A stretch of 64,000 bases of DNA, from NCBI GenBank assembly GCA_031422435.1, contig JANPLU010000128.1, forward strand, positions 64,001-128,000, in the 5' to 3' direction. A model generated the notes under the pieces. That model saw only the letters and a list, made by a program, of their open reading frames with translations. It was not told the DNA's origin and did not search any database. Shown here piece by piece: positions 18,565-28,565 of the stretch (position 1 is its first letter; every line of letters starts with the position of its first letter). This DNA is from Acaryochloridaceae cyanobacterium VAR_48_metabat_390. Its GTDB lineage: Bacteria > Cyanobacteriota > Cyanobacteriia > Thermosynechococcales > Thermosynechococcaceae. Made by a program: the position numbers and the translations under genes.

Positions 18565-20508
18565 CTAGCGATTGTCAGGGAGTGGCTCTAGGGGTGGCGG
18601 CTCACCATTCTGTAACGGGGGTTCATTTCCCAGCGGGGGCGGCTCTGACCTAACCTCAGGCGGTGGTTCGCTGGCGCTTTCTGCTGGGGCATCACTGCTG
18701 CTGCTGGGAGAAGTCGACTCAGAAGGCTGCGGTGCTGGCTCACTCTCAGCCCGAATCTGACGGCGGCGCTCAGCCCAGTCCGAAATTCTAGATTGCGCTT
18801 CTCCATACACTGCACGGTTAGACCCAATATCAGAAGCACGGGCGATCGCCTCTGATAGTCGCCCTTCACTGGCGAGCGCATCGGCTTCGTTAAGAATAGG
18901 GCGATCTTCTGCGGCCTGAGTCTGAGCAATCCACTCACCCACACGGGCTTGAGCATCTTGATAAAGCGATCGATTTGACCCAATTTTGTCAGCCGTCTGA
19001 ATCGCAGCCGTGAGGTCGCCTTTTTTGGCAAGGGCGATCGCCTGATCTAAGATGGGCTGATCTTCAATCCGTTGAATCGCGTTTCCCCACTGAGCGACCA
19101 AGGTTTGAGCGGCATCTCGTAGTGGTTGGCCTGACAAGATCTTACCCGCCTCTGTTATCGCACTCTGAAGGCTAGCAATGGTGTTGTCCACTGCCATCTG
19201 CTGAGCACGAGCCATAAACTGACGATCTTGAAGCGAACCAACCTGCTTTGTCCAAGAAGCAATTAAGGTTTGAGCCTCTACACGACGGGGCTGCCCCGAG
19301 CGAACCATCGCAGCCTGCTCCGTCGCCAGTTTGTAGCCTGAAACCTGGTCTACCCCTGCAAACCATTTGGCGATCGTCAATTGCCCCCACGCCTGAATTT
19401 GCCCTTCCCACCTCTGACGCTGCGCTTTAGTCGAATCATAGACAGGCGTATTGGCATCAATTTGGGCAGCAAAAGCATGAGCCTGAATCGCAGACCACAG
19501 CGTCTCATCCTTCGCTGCCGTCCCTGCACGACCTAACTGAAGGTAAGAAGCAGCAACATTGGCAACTTTCGCGGTCGGCGGCACCTTCTGTGCCGCATTT
19601 ACCATCTGTGCATAGTCGCCATTCGCTTGAGCAGACTTAGCAATGGCAACGAGTTTTTCACTCCATTCATCAATTTTTTCACCCACACGCTTACGCGCCA
19701 AACGCTTTGGGTCAATTTTGCTTGCGGCCTGAATTGCCTTAGCAAAATCATCGGGACTTCCATAATCTGCAATGGCCTGTGCTGAAGCAATTTTATAAAA
19801 CGCCTCTTGCTCAACGGACATTTCTTTGACAATTTTGTCTGCTTGCCCCTGCCAGAAGCTGCTGCCAAGCTGCATCAAATCGCGGACTTGCTCCATTGCT
19901 AGGCCCCAATTTTGATCCTGAATGGCTGTTTTCGCTTTCTTAAACGTTGCGTCCCCTTTTTGCCAGTTGCCCTGCCAATCTTGAATCATGGCCTGAGCAT
20001 CTGCATGAACGCCGCTGGTTTTAGGCACTTTTTGAGCTAAAGCAATTCCCTTTTTGAGATCTCCCGCTTCTACTTTTTTACGAGCTAACACCAAAATAGA
20101 CTCAGACCAATGATCTGAGAGCTGTCTAGACTGCTCAAATAAGGGGTCGGATTCTGTAATAGAGCCAGCCAATTGCAGTGCGGCGGAGAGGGAAGCTTCA
20201 TCCCCTTTTCGGGCCGACTGATCGGCACAGTAGAGCTGTCCAGAATCTGACAGCGTTGCTTTGAAAAGCTTACGGCAGCTTGGAGTCGGCGGCAAACCCG
20301 TCAGCCACTGAAAGGCGATCGCTCCAGTCAGGGTCGAGGTGGCCAACACAACAAGCCAAAATAAACCCTGAGAGCGTTTGTAGGGGAACCGCTCCCAAGC
20401 TTCCTGCATTGGCGTAAAAATCGTCTTTTTAGGTTCGGGCGCAGCACCCACTTCAGCCTCTATTTTTGGCTCCGAAGCAGGAGCCGACGAAGGTTCATTC
20501 GTGGACAT
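18565..20508 (-). CDS. Membrane-anchored alpha-helical repeat protein conserved in cyanobacteria
   Basis: Single TM helix, C..YC motif, repeated A..I..A..I/V.....Y..A...I..W units, Pro-rich tail. Confidence 0.8.
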   Translation of the reverse strand: MSTNEPSSAPASEPKIEAEVGAAPEPKKTIFTPMQEAWERFPYKRSQGLFWLVVLATSTLTGAIAFQWLTGLPPTPSCRKLFKATLSDSGQLYCADQSARKGDEASLSAALQLAGSITESDPLFEQSRQLSDHWSESILVLARKKVEAGDLKKGIALAQKVPKTSGVHADAQAMIQDWQGNWQKGDATFKKAKTAIQDQNWGLAMEQVRDLMQLGSSFWQGQADKIVKEMSVEQEAFYKIASAQAIADYGSPDDFAKAIQAASKIDPKRLARKRVGEKIDEWSEKLVAIAKSAQANGDYAQMVNAAQKVPPTAKVANVAASYLQLGRAGTAAKDETLWSAIQAHAFAAQIDANTPVYDSTKAQRQRWEGQIQAWGQLTIAKWFAGVDQVSGYKLATEQAAMVRSGQPRRVEAQTLIASWTKQVGSLQDRQFMARAQQMAVDNTIASLQSAITEAGKILSGQPLRDAAQTLVAQWGNAIQRIEDQPILDQAIALAKKGDLTAAIQTADKIGSNRSLYQDAQARVGEWIAQTQAAEDRPILNEADALASEGRLSEAIARASDIGSNRAVYGEAQSRISDWAERRRQIRAESEPAPQPSESTSPSSSSDAPAESASEPPPEVRSEPPPLGNEPPLQNGEPPPLEPLPDNR

Positions 20509-20613
20509 CAGAGAAATCTAAAGAATAAACAAGACTAAAACCCATCTAAAGACAGATTGTTAGATTTTATCTTAGGGCTTTGGGTCTCTAATCACAAATC
20601 TTGGGCAATTCAT

Positions 20614-20659
20614 ACAAAGAAGGTGTGTAATGCAAATTGACATTACACACCTTCTTTGT
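20614..20659. terminator. Perfect 19-bp hairpin downstream of rplT
   Basis: ACAAAGAAGGTGTGTAATG-N8-CATTACACACCTTCTTTGT. Confidence 0.8.
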
Positions 20660-20709
20660 GTAGATATTTAAGCTTTGAATCGCTAAGCACCCCAAAAACA
20701 AAGGATTAA

Positions 20710-21069
20710 CTAAGCTTTTGCTGCCTGAGCCGCAATCTCTAAAACAGAGGTAAATCCATCGGGATCTAAGACCGCAAGCTGAGCCAACATTTTACGATTG
20801 AGTAAAACATCAGCTTTTTTGAGATTACCAATAAGCTGGCTGTAGCTCATTCCATGCAGACGAGAGGCCGCATTAATCCGAGCAATCCACAGGCGGCGGA
20901 AATCGCGCTTGCGCTTACGACGGTCACGATAGGCATTTCGCAGCGCCTTCATGACCTGCTGGTTAGCAGTACGGAACAAACGAGAGTGTGACCCTCGGAA
21001 GCCTTTAGCTAACTTAAGAATTTTTTTGCGGCGCTTGCGAGCGACGTTACCGCGTTTGACCCGTGTCAT
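20710..21069 (-). CDS. rplT: 50S ribosomal protein L20
   Basis: [39 protein letters not shown]. Confidence 0.99.
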   Translation of the reverse strand: MTRVKRGNVARKRRKKILKLAKGFRGSHSRLFRTANQQVMKALRNAYRDRRKRKRDFRRLWIARINAASRLHGMSYSQLIGNLKKADVLLNRKMLAQLAVLDPDGFTSVLEIAAQAAKA

Positions 21070-21127
21070 GTCTTCGTCCTTGTTTCCAGTGTTGTTACTC
21101 TATGCGCAAAGGTAGTGCGCTCAAAAA

Positions 21128-21325
21128 TTAGGCGTAGGGCATCATAAGACTGACGTTACCAGCATCTCGCTCATCTACTACAGCCATATGAGACAGCCGA
21201 GTTTTTTGAGACGTTGTCTTATGTTCTAAGATGTGGTTTTTACCGGCCTTGCGACGCATAAACTTTCCGCTACCACTGCGCTTGAATCGCTTTGCGGCGG
21301 AGCGTCGCGTTTTTAACTTGGGCAT
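21128..21325 (-). CDS. rpmI: 50S ribosomal protein L35
   Basis: [21 protein letters not shown]; upstream of rplT. Confidence 0.99.
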   Translation of the reverse strand: MPKLKTRRSAAKRFKRSGSGKFMRRKAGKNHILEHKTTSQKTRLSHMAVVDERDAGNVSLMMPYA

Positions 21326-21422
21326 GGTGTTCCTAGATATTAAACACAGTCTTTAACTATATGCTGTTATTAGTCTCAAACGCAAGCTTTTATTTTATTT
21401 TGCTCCAAATGCCGTCCACGCC

Positions 21423-22541
21423 TTAATTCCGAATCTGGATAGGCATGATGAGATAGGTGACTTTTTGTCCAGAGACTGGGGACAAAATGGCGGGCATGGT
21501 TTCGGCGTTTAGCTGCATTTGAATTTCGCTGCTATGAACGGCTTTCAGCCCATCACTGAGATACTTGACGTTAAACGCAATTTCAATAGACTTTCCAGAA
21601 ATCTGTGCCGGAATGGATTCTTCGCCACTGCCAAATTCTGGCGCTTCAGCAGACAAAAATAAACTCTGTTTCTCTTGATCAAGGCGCAGGCGAATAATGT
21701 TGTTTTTGCGCGCTGCCAGTACGGCAATGCGGTCTACACCACTTAAAAAAGCCTGCCGATCTACCGCCATCTGCCGCTCGAAGGTGCTAGGCACAAGCTG
21801 GTTATAGGCAGGGTACTGACCATCTAGCAGACGGCAGCTTAGGCGCTCAATGCCCTGCTCAGACTTCAGCTCAAACACAATCTGGGTTTTATCGGAGCGC
21901 ACTTCTACCATTGCGACGGTGCGCCCTAGCATTCGCTCTAGCTCTCGGAGCGCCCGTGCTGGGACGGTGACGTCGATATGGTCTGCATTACTCGAGTCTG
22001 GGAACTGGGCGATCGCCAGTCGATGTCCGTCTGTGGTTGCCATTTCTAGCCCTTCAGCAGAGGAGCTAATATGTAGCCCCGTCAAAACCTGCTTACTTTC
22101 ATCTGTGCTAGATGCAAACAGCGTGGACTGAAGCCCATCCGTCAAAACTGCTGTATCTAGAAGCAGCGGCTCAATTTCGGCCAACGTGGGCAACTCAGGA
22201 AACTCATCGGCAGAAAGCCCCTGCATTTGGTAGCGCCCTGAACCGCAAGACAGCGAAACAGCAAGTTCTTCCGTCTCAAGGCGAACCTCTTGGTTGGGGA
22301 GCCGAGACACAATTTCACTAAACAAGCGCGCAGGCAGTGTCAAAGATCCGGTCGCTTCAACTGTTGCAGGGATCCACACCTGCATCCCAATGCTTAAGTC
22401 AAAAACTGATAGTCCGAGGCGGTCTGGCTCTGCAATGAGCAGCACATTTGCAAGAACGGGATGAGTCGGGTTGGTCGGAACAATTCTGCTTATTAAAGAA
22501 AGTTTGGAACTCAAGTCACTCTGGGAACAAACTAACTTCAT
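21423..22541 (-). CDS. dnaN: DNA polymerase III beta sliding clamp
   Basis: HPVLANVL, TDGHRLA, RLLDGQYP, IAFNVKYL and YLIMPIQI motifs. Confidence 0.98.
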   Translation of the reverse strand: MKLVCSQSDLSSKLSLISRIVPTNPTHPVLANVLLIAEPDRLGLSVFDLSIGMQVWIPATVEATGSLTLPARLFSEIVSRLPNQEVRLETEELAVSLSCGSGRYQMQGLSADEFPELPTLAEIEPLLLDTAVLTDGLQSTLFASSTDESKQVLTGLHISSSAEGLEMATTDGHRLAIAQFPDSSNADHIDVTVPARALRELERMLGRTVAMVEVRSDKTQIVFELKSEQGIERLSCRLLDGQYPAYNQLVPSTFERQMAVDRQAFLSGVDRIAVLAARKNNIIRLRLDQEKQSLFLSAEAPEFGSGEESIPAQISGKSIEIAFNVKYLSDGLKAVHSSEIQMQLNAETMPAILSPVSGQKVTYLIMPIQIRN

Positions 22542-22697
22542 ACTGCCGCTGCTTAAAATCTGCTTTTAAAAAATGGACTGCTTGACAAAGGTGGAATGCA
22601 ACTGAACCGAATTTGTAGCGACCAACATCCTACCACCCTTTTTTCAAATTCCGAGAAGGGCATTTTCTACAAATCACTTTTGCTCTAAACGATTCCT

Positions 22698-22933
22698 ATT
22701 CTTTTTAAAATTTAAAACTAGTAGCTATAGTAGGGGCTGTGGAAACTGTGGATAACTTTTTAAAAGCCTTGCTCAGCAAGCGTTAAAGGCACTTACCCCC
22801 TGTGGATAACTTGTGGATAACTTTGCCGAGTTATCCACAGCCTGTGGAAAGATAAAAAGTATTCCACAGGCAAGCCGAGTTATCCACAGGTTTATCCACA
22901 GGTTTATCCACAGAAAACGGGTAGTTATCCACA
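22698..22933. other. Putative chromosomal replication origin oriC
   Basis: Perfect TTATCCACA/TGTGGATAA boxes at 22747, 22801, 22812, 22831, 22880, 22892, 22904 and 22925; 1-mismatch boxes at 22738, 22843 and 22860; AT-rich tract 22698-22717 and TAG trios 22719-22733. Confidence 0.9.
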
Positions 22934-23191
22934 GGCTGAAATGAGGTTTACGTTTCTTCATATAAAAATTTATTTTTCTCAGAAATAAGGCTGAATTGCT
23001 TGTAGGGTATACGTCTTACGTTTTGATTTGTCAAACATAAGAAATTTGTATGTTTGACTTTCTAAGCACTCTTAAATGCTCACAACTCCCTGTGTAAATC
23101 ATTTTTTGCTGATTTGGGGCAGGCTCAGATTTGCGATGATTGGCGATCCTAACTATGATGCAGATAAGAGTTCTAAGTTTTGTAAAGTTGC

Positions 23192-23824
23192 TTGAATAAG
23201 AATGCCTTGAAAATAGAAGCAGATTTTCCGCAGGATGGCTTGTCTTGTATACGAGACTGGCAGCGTCTAGAGATGAGCTGGTTTGGCGATCAGGAGACGC
23301 TACTTCATGGCGTACCTCGCCATTTGCTGACGCCACCCTGGCAGGTTTTAGTATTAGGCGATGGTTCTACTACCCGTCATCTTCAGCTTTTAACAGGAGA
23401 ATCTATTGCTGTTGATGTGGTGGATATGTCCTTAATTGGAATGCACGCTGACCACGCACCGGATTTGATTCAGGCTGTGCCTGGCCCACGCTTAAGGCGA
23501 CAGGTTTGGCTAAAAACGGCATCGGGTCAGCGTTTGGCCTATGCAACATCTTGGTGGGAGGCGAGCCATGTGGATGAGTATTTACACAATCGTTCTATCC
23601 CGATATGGTCGAGCTTAGCGAACCTGCGGATGGAGCTGTATCGAGATATCCGAGAGGCTTTTCTGGGGCACTCGGAGGCGCTGGAAATTGCCTTTGGATG
23701 CCCTGGTCCATTTTGGGGGCGCTACTACCTGTTTTGGCATAATGGCAAGCCGCTGACGCTGATCTATGAGGTGTTTTCCTCTTGTCTTAAAACCTATTTA
23801 GGCTCATCTTGCCCAGAGCTTTAG
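23192..23824 (+). CDS. ubiC: Cyanobacterial chorismate pyruvate-lyase (DUF98)
   Basis: LGDGSTTRHL, RRQVWL, YATSWW and LTLIYEVFS motifs. Confidence 0.85.
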   Translation: MNKNALKIEADFPQDGLSCIRDWQRLEMSWFGDQETLLHGVPRHLLTPPWQVLVLGDGSTTRHLQLLTGESIAVDVVDMSLIGMHADHAPDLIQAVPGPRLRRQVWLKTASGQRLAYATSWWEASHVDEYLHNRSIPIWSSLANLRMELYRDIREAFLGHSEALEIAFGCPGPFWGRYYLFWHNGKPLTLIYEVFSSCLKTYLGSSCPEL

Positions 23825-23878
23825 TGGGTCGTGTGAGGTAGGCCGATTGGTCTTCTACACTTCTCAAAAAGTGATTTA

Positions 23879-23921
23879 AAACAGTTAACCCGTCAGATGA
23901 TGTCTGACGGGTTAACTGTTT
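23879..23921. terminator. Bidirectional terminator between convergent genes
   Basis: AAACAGTTAACCCGTCAGA-TGATG-TCTGACGGGTTAACTGTTT (19-bp stem). Confidence 0.85.
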
Positions 23922-23940
23922 GAGAGAAATTGAAATTAAA

Positions 23941-24390
23941 TTAAGCGCTTTTAATGGTTTTAGCCATGTCTAGGTAAGACTTCATGTTGGCTCCAGGACG
24001 ACGGCGCGACCCGAAGACGGTGTAATTGCTAGCAGGGGTTGGTGCAGGTGTATTGCTAACGGTAACTGTAGACTGTGGGAGGTTAAGCGCGGCGGCAGTT
24101 GCGGCGGGAGCAGCAGCGGCAGGAGCTGGCTTTGTTTTAGCCGCCTTCGTTGTAGCTTTAGCGGCAGGTGCAGACGCTGGCGCTGGCGTTGAAACACCTT
24201 GGGCATCTTCTGCTTCGAGAAAGAAGGCTCCGCTCTTTTTCTTCTGTTTGGCTGGTGCTGCTGCTGCATCTGGATCTTTTTTGGAGGACAGAAGCTTTAG
24301 CGGCAGTGTAATCAGGGTGATGGGCAGCTTAAGGATTGTGACGAAAATTCCAAAAATGGAGGCAAAAAGTTTTTTAATAGAGCCGATCAT
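23941..24390 (-). CDS. Hypothetical cyanobacterial protein (hydrophobic N-terminus, Ala/Pro linker)
   Basis: Conserved-looking FFLE and C-terminal RRRPGANMKSYLDMAK motifs. Confidence 0.8.
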   Translation of the reverse strand: MIGSIKKLFASIFGIFVTILKLPITLITLPLKLLSSKKDPDAAAAPAKQKKKSGAFFLEAEDAQGVSTPAPASAPAAKATTKAAKTKPAPAAAAPAATAAALNLPQSTVTVSNTPAPTPASNYTVFGSRRRPGANMKSYLDMAKTIKSA

Positions 24391-24660
24391 GAAAAGTTCT
24401 CCTGAGCCGTGCAGTGTTATGCCGATGAAAATCGTGGATCTTTAATGAAGGTAAGTAATGGCGGGCTAGGCAATATCATCAGCCCAAACAAAAGCCGTAA
24501 CCTGACAGACAGCGAGGTTATTGAGTCTAGGCTCAGATAGCGGCAGCGTCACTAAAATTATCAGGGCTTGATGTACATCCTGAAAAGCTAAACGTTTCGT
24601 TTCGTAACAAAGCCTCAGTTTTTGGGGTGTTTAGAGTCGTAATGTTTTGCTCAACTGACA

Positions 24661-24704
24661 ACCCACCCCGCCCTTCGGGCACCCCTCCCAGGAGGGGATT
24701 TTTT
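24661..24704. repeat. Short GC-rich double-hairpin dispersed repeat
   Basis: GCCC-TTC-GGGC and CCCCTCC-CA-GGAGGGG followed by a T-tract. Confidence 0.6.
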
Positions 24705-24724
24705 CGTACTTGTGTGTACAGCCT

Positions 24725-25375
24725 CTAAGGGCGAATCGCTTCAATTCGTCGAAAGTCACCTTCGATTTCTGTCCATAAGGATTTATTGTGTGGGTCTGTT
24801 TTGAGCGCCTTTTTGAGATAGGCACGAGCCTGGGTCAGTTTTCGGTCTTCGATGAGTTGGCGACCCCAGCGCTGGTAGATAATTGCCTGCCACTGACGGA
24901 TTTCGGGGTCATTGGGGAGGCGCGCTTGCAGAGCCTCGATGATGGCGATCGCCCTTGGTAAGCTCCTGCGCTTAATGAGATCTTCGAGCTGACGGTAGGT
25001 TTCAAGCTTCAGCTTTTGGTCGGCAAAGGATAACTCTTGGGGAAGGGGTGCAGCAGATTCGGGTTGAGAATGAGTTGGGGTCTGAGGTACTTGAGCCGAT
25101 GGGGCGGCTGTTTTGACTGAAATTTTAATGTCTGGAACTGGGCTGGGCTGTGGCGTGGGTCTAACTGAAGTTGACACGGGACGAGCGGCGGCAATTTTGC
25201 CTAACACTTTATAGGCTTCAGTAATGCGAATGAAGTGATCGTGGGCTTTGGTATTGTTGGGGTTTACGTCAGGGTGAAGCCGACGGGCTAAGCGTCGATA
25301 GGAGGATTTAATATCTTCTAAACTGGCGGCTGAGGTGAGTTCTAGGAGCCGATAACACTCAATAATATCCATCAA
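24725..25375 (-). CDS. J-domain protein with C-terminal TPR
   Basis: YRRLARRLHPDVN (HPD motif); ARAYLKKALKTDPHN TPR. Confidence 0.92.
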   Translation of the reverse strand: MMDIIECYRLLELTSAASLEDIKSSYRRLARRLHPDVNPNNTKAHDHFIRITEAYKVLGKIAAARPVSTSVRPTPQPSPVPDIKISVKTAAPSAQVPQTPTHSQPESAAPLPQELSFADQKLKLETYRQLEDLIKRRSLPRAIAIIEALQARLPNDPEIRQWQAIIYQRWGRQLIEDRKLTQARAYLKKALKTDPHNKSLWTEIEGDFRRIEAIRP

Positions 25376-25627
25376 ATTTTGAAGCCTATGAAAGCCAGCG
25401 TGTTTATATCCCTTGGTTTTAGAGTGGTCAATCTCAATCGGTTTCTTTCACGAAAGGTCAGAAATCTCTATGCTGCCAGTCTGTCTGCACTACATTAACA
25501 TCTGTACTGTGGGGTCACAATTCAATGTAGGGCAACACGAGAAAGAGGCAACTTCAACTCATAAAGCTGCGTCTTTGAGAACATTGAGTGAAACATTCCG
25601 GCTTTTATGCACAAGCGATAAAGAAAA

Positions 25628-26467
25628 ATGTTGAGAGTTTGGTCTACTATGCCGCTGATGGCGTTGGGGGGAAGTGTGATGATCGCCGCGTCCCAAACGT
25701 TGGCGCTTTCTCTACCTGCGATCGCCCAGTTCCCAACCTTGGAAACATCTGCGCCGAATCAAGTGGATGCCGCTTTTCCTGAGTCGATTGGCAGCGCGGT
25801 GATGCAGGCCGCTGCTACTCAGTCTGGTTTACCGCTAGAGCAGCTAACGCTTTTTCAGGCAAAGCCTAAAACTTGGTCAGATGGATGTTTAGGCTTTGCA
25901 CCGCCAGACCAACTGTGTACCGCCGCTCTGGTTAGGGGTTGGGAAGTGATGGTGACGCACGAGCGCCAGGAATGGGTGTATCGCACCAGCGCAACGGGAC
26001 AAAAAATCATGTTAGATCCAGCAGGTGGTCGATTAAGTCGCTTAATCGTGCCTCCCGCTGAGCAGATTCCGGCGAGTCAACTGCCGCCCAAGGTAGATCG
26101 ATCTGTGGTGTTTCGAGAAATTAAGACGGATAGCTTTGCTGGCATTACCCAAGAAACCAGGCTGTATAAAGATGGACGTTTAGTGAAGCATCCGCTCTCT
26201 AAAGCGCCAAAGCCATCGGAAGGCGAACTGATTCGCACGCTCCCGAAGGCAGAAGTTAAGACATTTGTGAAGTTATTAGAAACTCGTCATTTTGGTCAAT
26301 TTGGTGGGCTACGCTATCCGGCTCCCAGTGGCTCAGCGGATTATTTCACCATTACCCTCGGCAACTGGCAGACCACGGTTCAATATACGGATATAAGTAT
26401 GAAGAAACTACCGCCTGATTTAGAGAAAATACGAGAGGCTTGGCGATCGTTGGTTTCACCTGAATGA
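25628..26467 (+). CDS. Exported hypothetical protein
   Basis: Signal peptide ending AIA; WSDGCLG..CTAALVRGW motif common in secreted cyanobacterial proteins. Confidence 0.8.
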   Translation: MLRVWSTMPLMALGGSVMIAASQTLALSLPAIAQFPTLETSAPNQVDAAFPESIGSAVMQAAATQSGLPLEQLTLFQAKPKTWSDGCLGFAPPDQLCTAALVRGWEVMVTHERQEWVYRTSATGQKIMLDPAGGRLSRLIVPPAEQIPASQLPPKVDRSVVFREIKTDSFAGITQETRLYKDGRLVKHPLSKAPKPSEGELIRTLPKAEVKTFVKLLETRHFGQFGGLRYPAPSGSADYFTITLGNWQTTVQYTDISMKKLPPDLEKIREAWRSLVSPE

Positions 26468-26488
26468 ATTGAGTCTGTGCGCACGTAG

Positions 26489-27725
26489 CAGGGCTGTTTC
26501 ATTCACTTGAAAGACTTACTGTGCATCATTCCCTGTGCATTTGAACATAGGGTTATATCATCTTAAACAAGGATTTTAATTTGTCTAAGGTAAAACTAGC
26601 TAAGCGTTGAGCTTGAGCCATGTTTTCAGAACCGCTTTCCCGATACAAATTCAGCGCGAGATTACGGGCAATTGCCCAAGATTGAATCAAAGGCGAGGTT
26701 CGAATTCGCGAGGCATCTTCGCCTTGTGTCACATCTCGAACATGATGCACCTTATTTTCGACTCCCCAATATCCGCGAATTCGCTCAGCAATTGCTTTTA
26801 CCAGCTCCCCAAAGGAAGCAACATAGTAACGAGTTTCTATAGAGCTTTCAATGATATTGGCTCGATAGATTTGGCGTTGGGAGACGACTCGAATTATGGT
26901 GTGCAACCCTGGAAATGCCGGAATACCAGCTAAGTCATGACTAATACTGATTGTCCTTTTTTCAATACGTCCATGTCCTTTATTCATTTGTTTTATGGTC
27001 TCTTGAGCTTTGAAGTTAGCCTTAACTCCTTTAAGCAATCCAGATTGATTTCCCTTGAGTGCTCCTAGATAATCATTGCCACTATCTATGATTGTCTGAG
27101 CTATTTTTTTGGGTGCTGATTGCATCAAAAGCAAACACAACTCCCTTGAGAGCCAACTGTTCAATAAATGCAGGAAGTGCGGTAATCTCGTTCGTTTTTG
27201 AGTCAACCTCATACGGTTCGAGAATCAGGCCTCGTTCGACAATATAAGCACTGACAAGCATGATTGCTGGATGTGAGTCTACCCTTGGGTCATCACTGAT
27301 GGCTTCGTAGGATCCCCGTAGCACTTTTCCGTCAGCCGCAATTGTTTCTCTAGGCAAGGGCTTAATCTCGAAAAACCGAGATAAACACCCTCCATACAAG
27401 CCATACTCTATCCTCAGCAGGGTACGTCTAATTGTGCTGTAGGATGGCAAACGGCCTTTGGGAGGGTTAAACAAAATAACTAACTGAGCATGATATGCCT
27501 TTAACCAATCACCAATGGCGAGGAATCCACGATTGCCTGCGGCTACGGCGAGGGTGAATAGGGCTAAGCATAACGCTTGAGTGTGTCGTCGCCCTTTAAC
27601 ACGACGGATATCAGGCAGATCGCGAAAGGCTTCAACAATAGCAATTTCAGACATTCGGATGACCTAACATGATTGGGGCTAACTCCCCACCATATCAATG
27701 ACTCCATAAGAATGAAACAGCCCTG
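26489..27725 (-). mobile_element. Complete ISAs1-family insertion sequence (1237 bp)
   Basis: Perfect 16-bp terminal IRs CAGGGCTGTTTCATTC (26489-26504 and 27710-27725), flanked by a 10-bp direct repeat GCGCACGTAG (26479-26488 and 27726-27735). Confidence 0.96.
26553..27654 (-). CDS. ISAs1 DDE transposase in two ORFs, joined by a +1 shift at an A7 run (27104-27110)
   Basis: PSYSTIRR, DGKVLRGS, NEI and FDA..TQK in ORF1; DYLGALKGNQ, HGRIEKR and WGVENKVH..DVTQGED in ORF2. Confidence 0.92.
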
Positions 27726-27794
27726 GCGCACGTAGACATTGCCTAAAAAAATTAGCAAGGATTATATGCTGTTCTCTGTGGGTGATGTGACGTA

Positions 27795-27855
27795 TGTTGA
27801 CAACCCGATTATGATTGAAGTGTTGACAACAGTAGCCAACATTCTTGTTGACAAT
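27795..27855. promoter_or_regulatory. Three palindromic TGTTGACAA(C/T) boxes, putative operator array
   Basis: Copies at 27795, 27821 and 27846 (spacing 26 and 25 bp), each containing TTGACA, upstream of the TA pair. Confidence 0.55.
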
Positions 27856-28061
27856 ACTAAAAAATCAATCATGATGGTGTTCTGACCGTTTTGAAAGGTT
27901 TTCTCTAGGTGTAAGCACTTGGAATTAAGAAGGATAATAGACTGCTAAAAATCTGCACGAAAATCTCAACTCTAACAAGGTTTCAGATGCTTACCAGGAT
28001 TGCTAAGGTCATGCTAAGAAAAACTATGCAGACTAAGAGATAACAAAAAAAGGACTCAGTT

Positions 28062-28565
28062 ATGGATGCTGTATTGAGAAACGATACAAAAAAAATAATT
28101 GCAATTAATATTCAAGACTTTTCGTCACGTTTAATGGCTGGTAGATTTGATGATTTATCAGCTTTAGCTCAATCGTTATTAAGTATGGGAGAGCCTAAAG
28201 AAGTTTTCCGTGTCTTTAAGTTCCCTGAGCTTTCAGCAGCAATGCTTTGGGAAGATTCCTCTCAAGAAGAAAAAGACGAGCTTTTTCAAAAATGTATAGG
28301 TGATAAGGGCATTATTATGCGTGGTGAATCATCTATGAAATTAAAAATATTTATATTAGAATTAAAACTTTCTTTTTTGACTCGAAGAAATTTTATTACA
28401 TTCATACCTCGTTTTTTTGAATTTAATCATAGATTTGCACTAGCGCTGGAGAGTTTAAAGGAAAAAGATGATATTCTGAAGGGGTTTCGTCAAAGCTGGA
28501 TTGATGCGATTGAGGGAAAGACATACCCTGTAGAAGATCTTTGGGAACAAGTTGAATGTGAGTAA
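28062..28565 (+). CDS. Putative antitoxin with a long N-terminal extension
   Basis: C-terminal ILKGFRQSWIDAIEGKTYPVEDLW resembles cyanobacterial RelE-partner tails; overlaps the toxin start; AGGA SD. Confidence 0.65.
   Translation: MDAVLRNDTKKIIAINIQDFSSRLMAGRFDDLSALAQSLLSMGEPKEVFRVFKFPELSAAMLWEDSSQEEKDELFQKCIGDKGIIMRGESSMKLKIFILELKLSFLTRRNFITFIPRFFEFNHRFALALESLKEKDDILKGFRQSWIDAIEGKTYPVEDLWEQVECE

Noticed and set aside
22773..22961. 62-aa ORF with LWIT/LWIN repeats; also considered as a CRISPR array
   Set aside because: It is the translation of tandem DnaA boxes; the units are 9-12 bp with no spacers. No CRISPR array or cas gene was seen in the window
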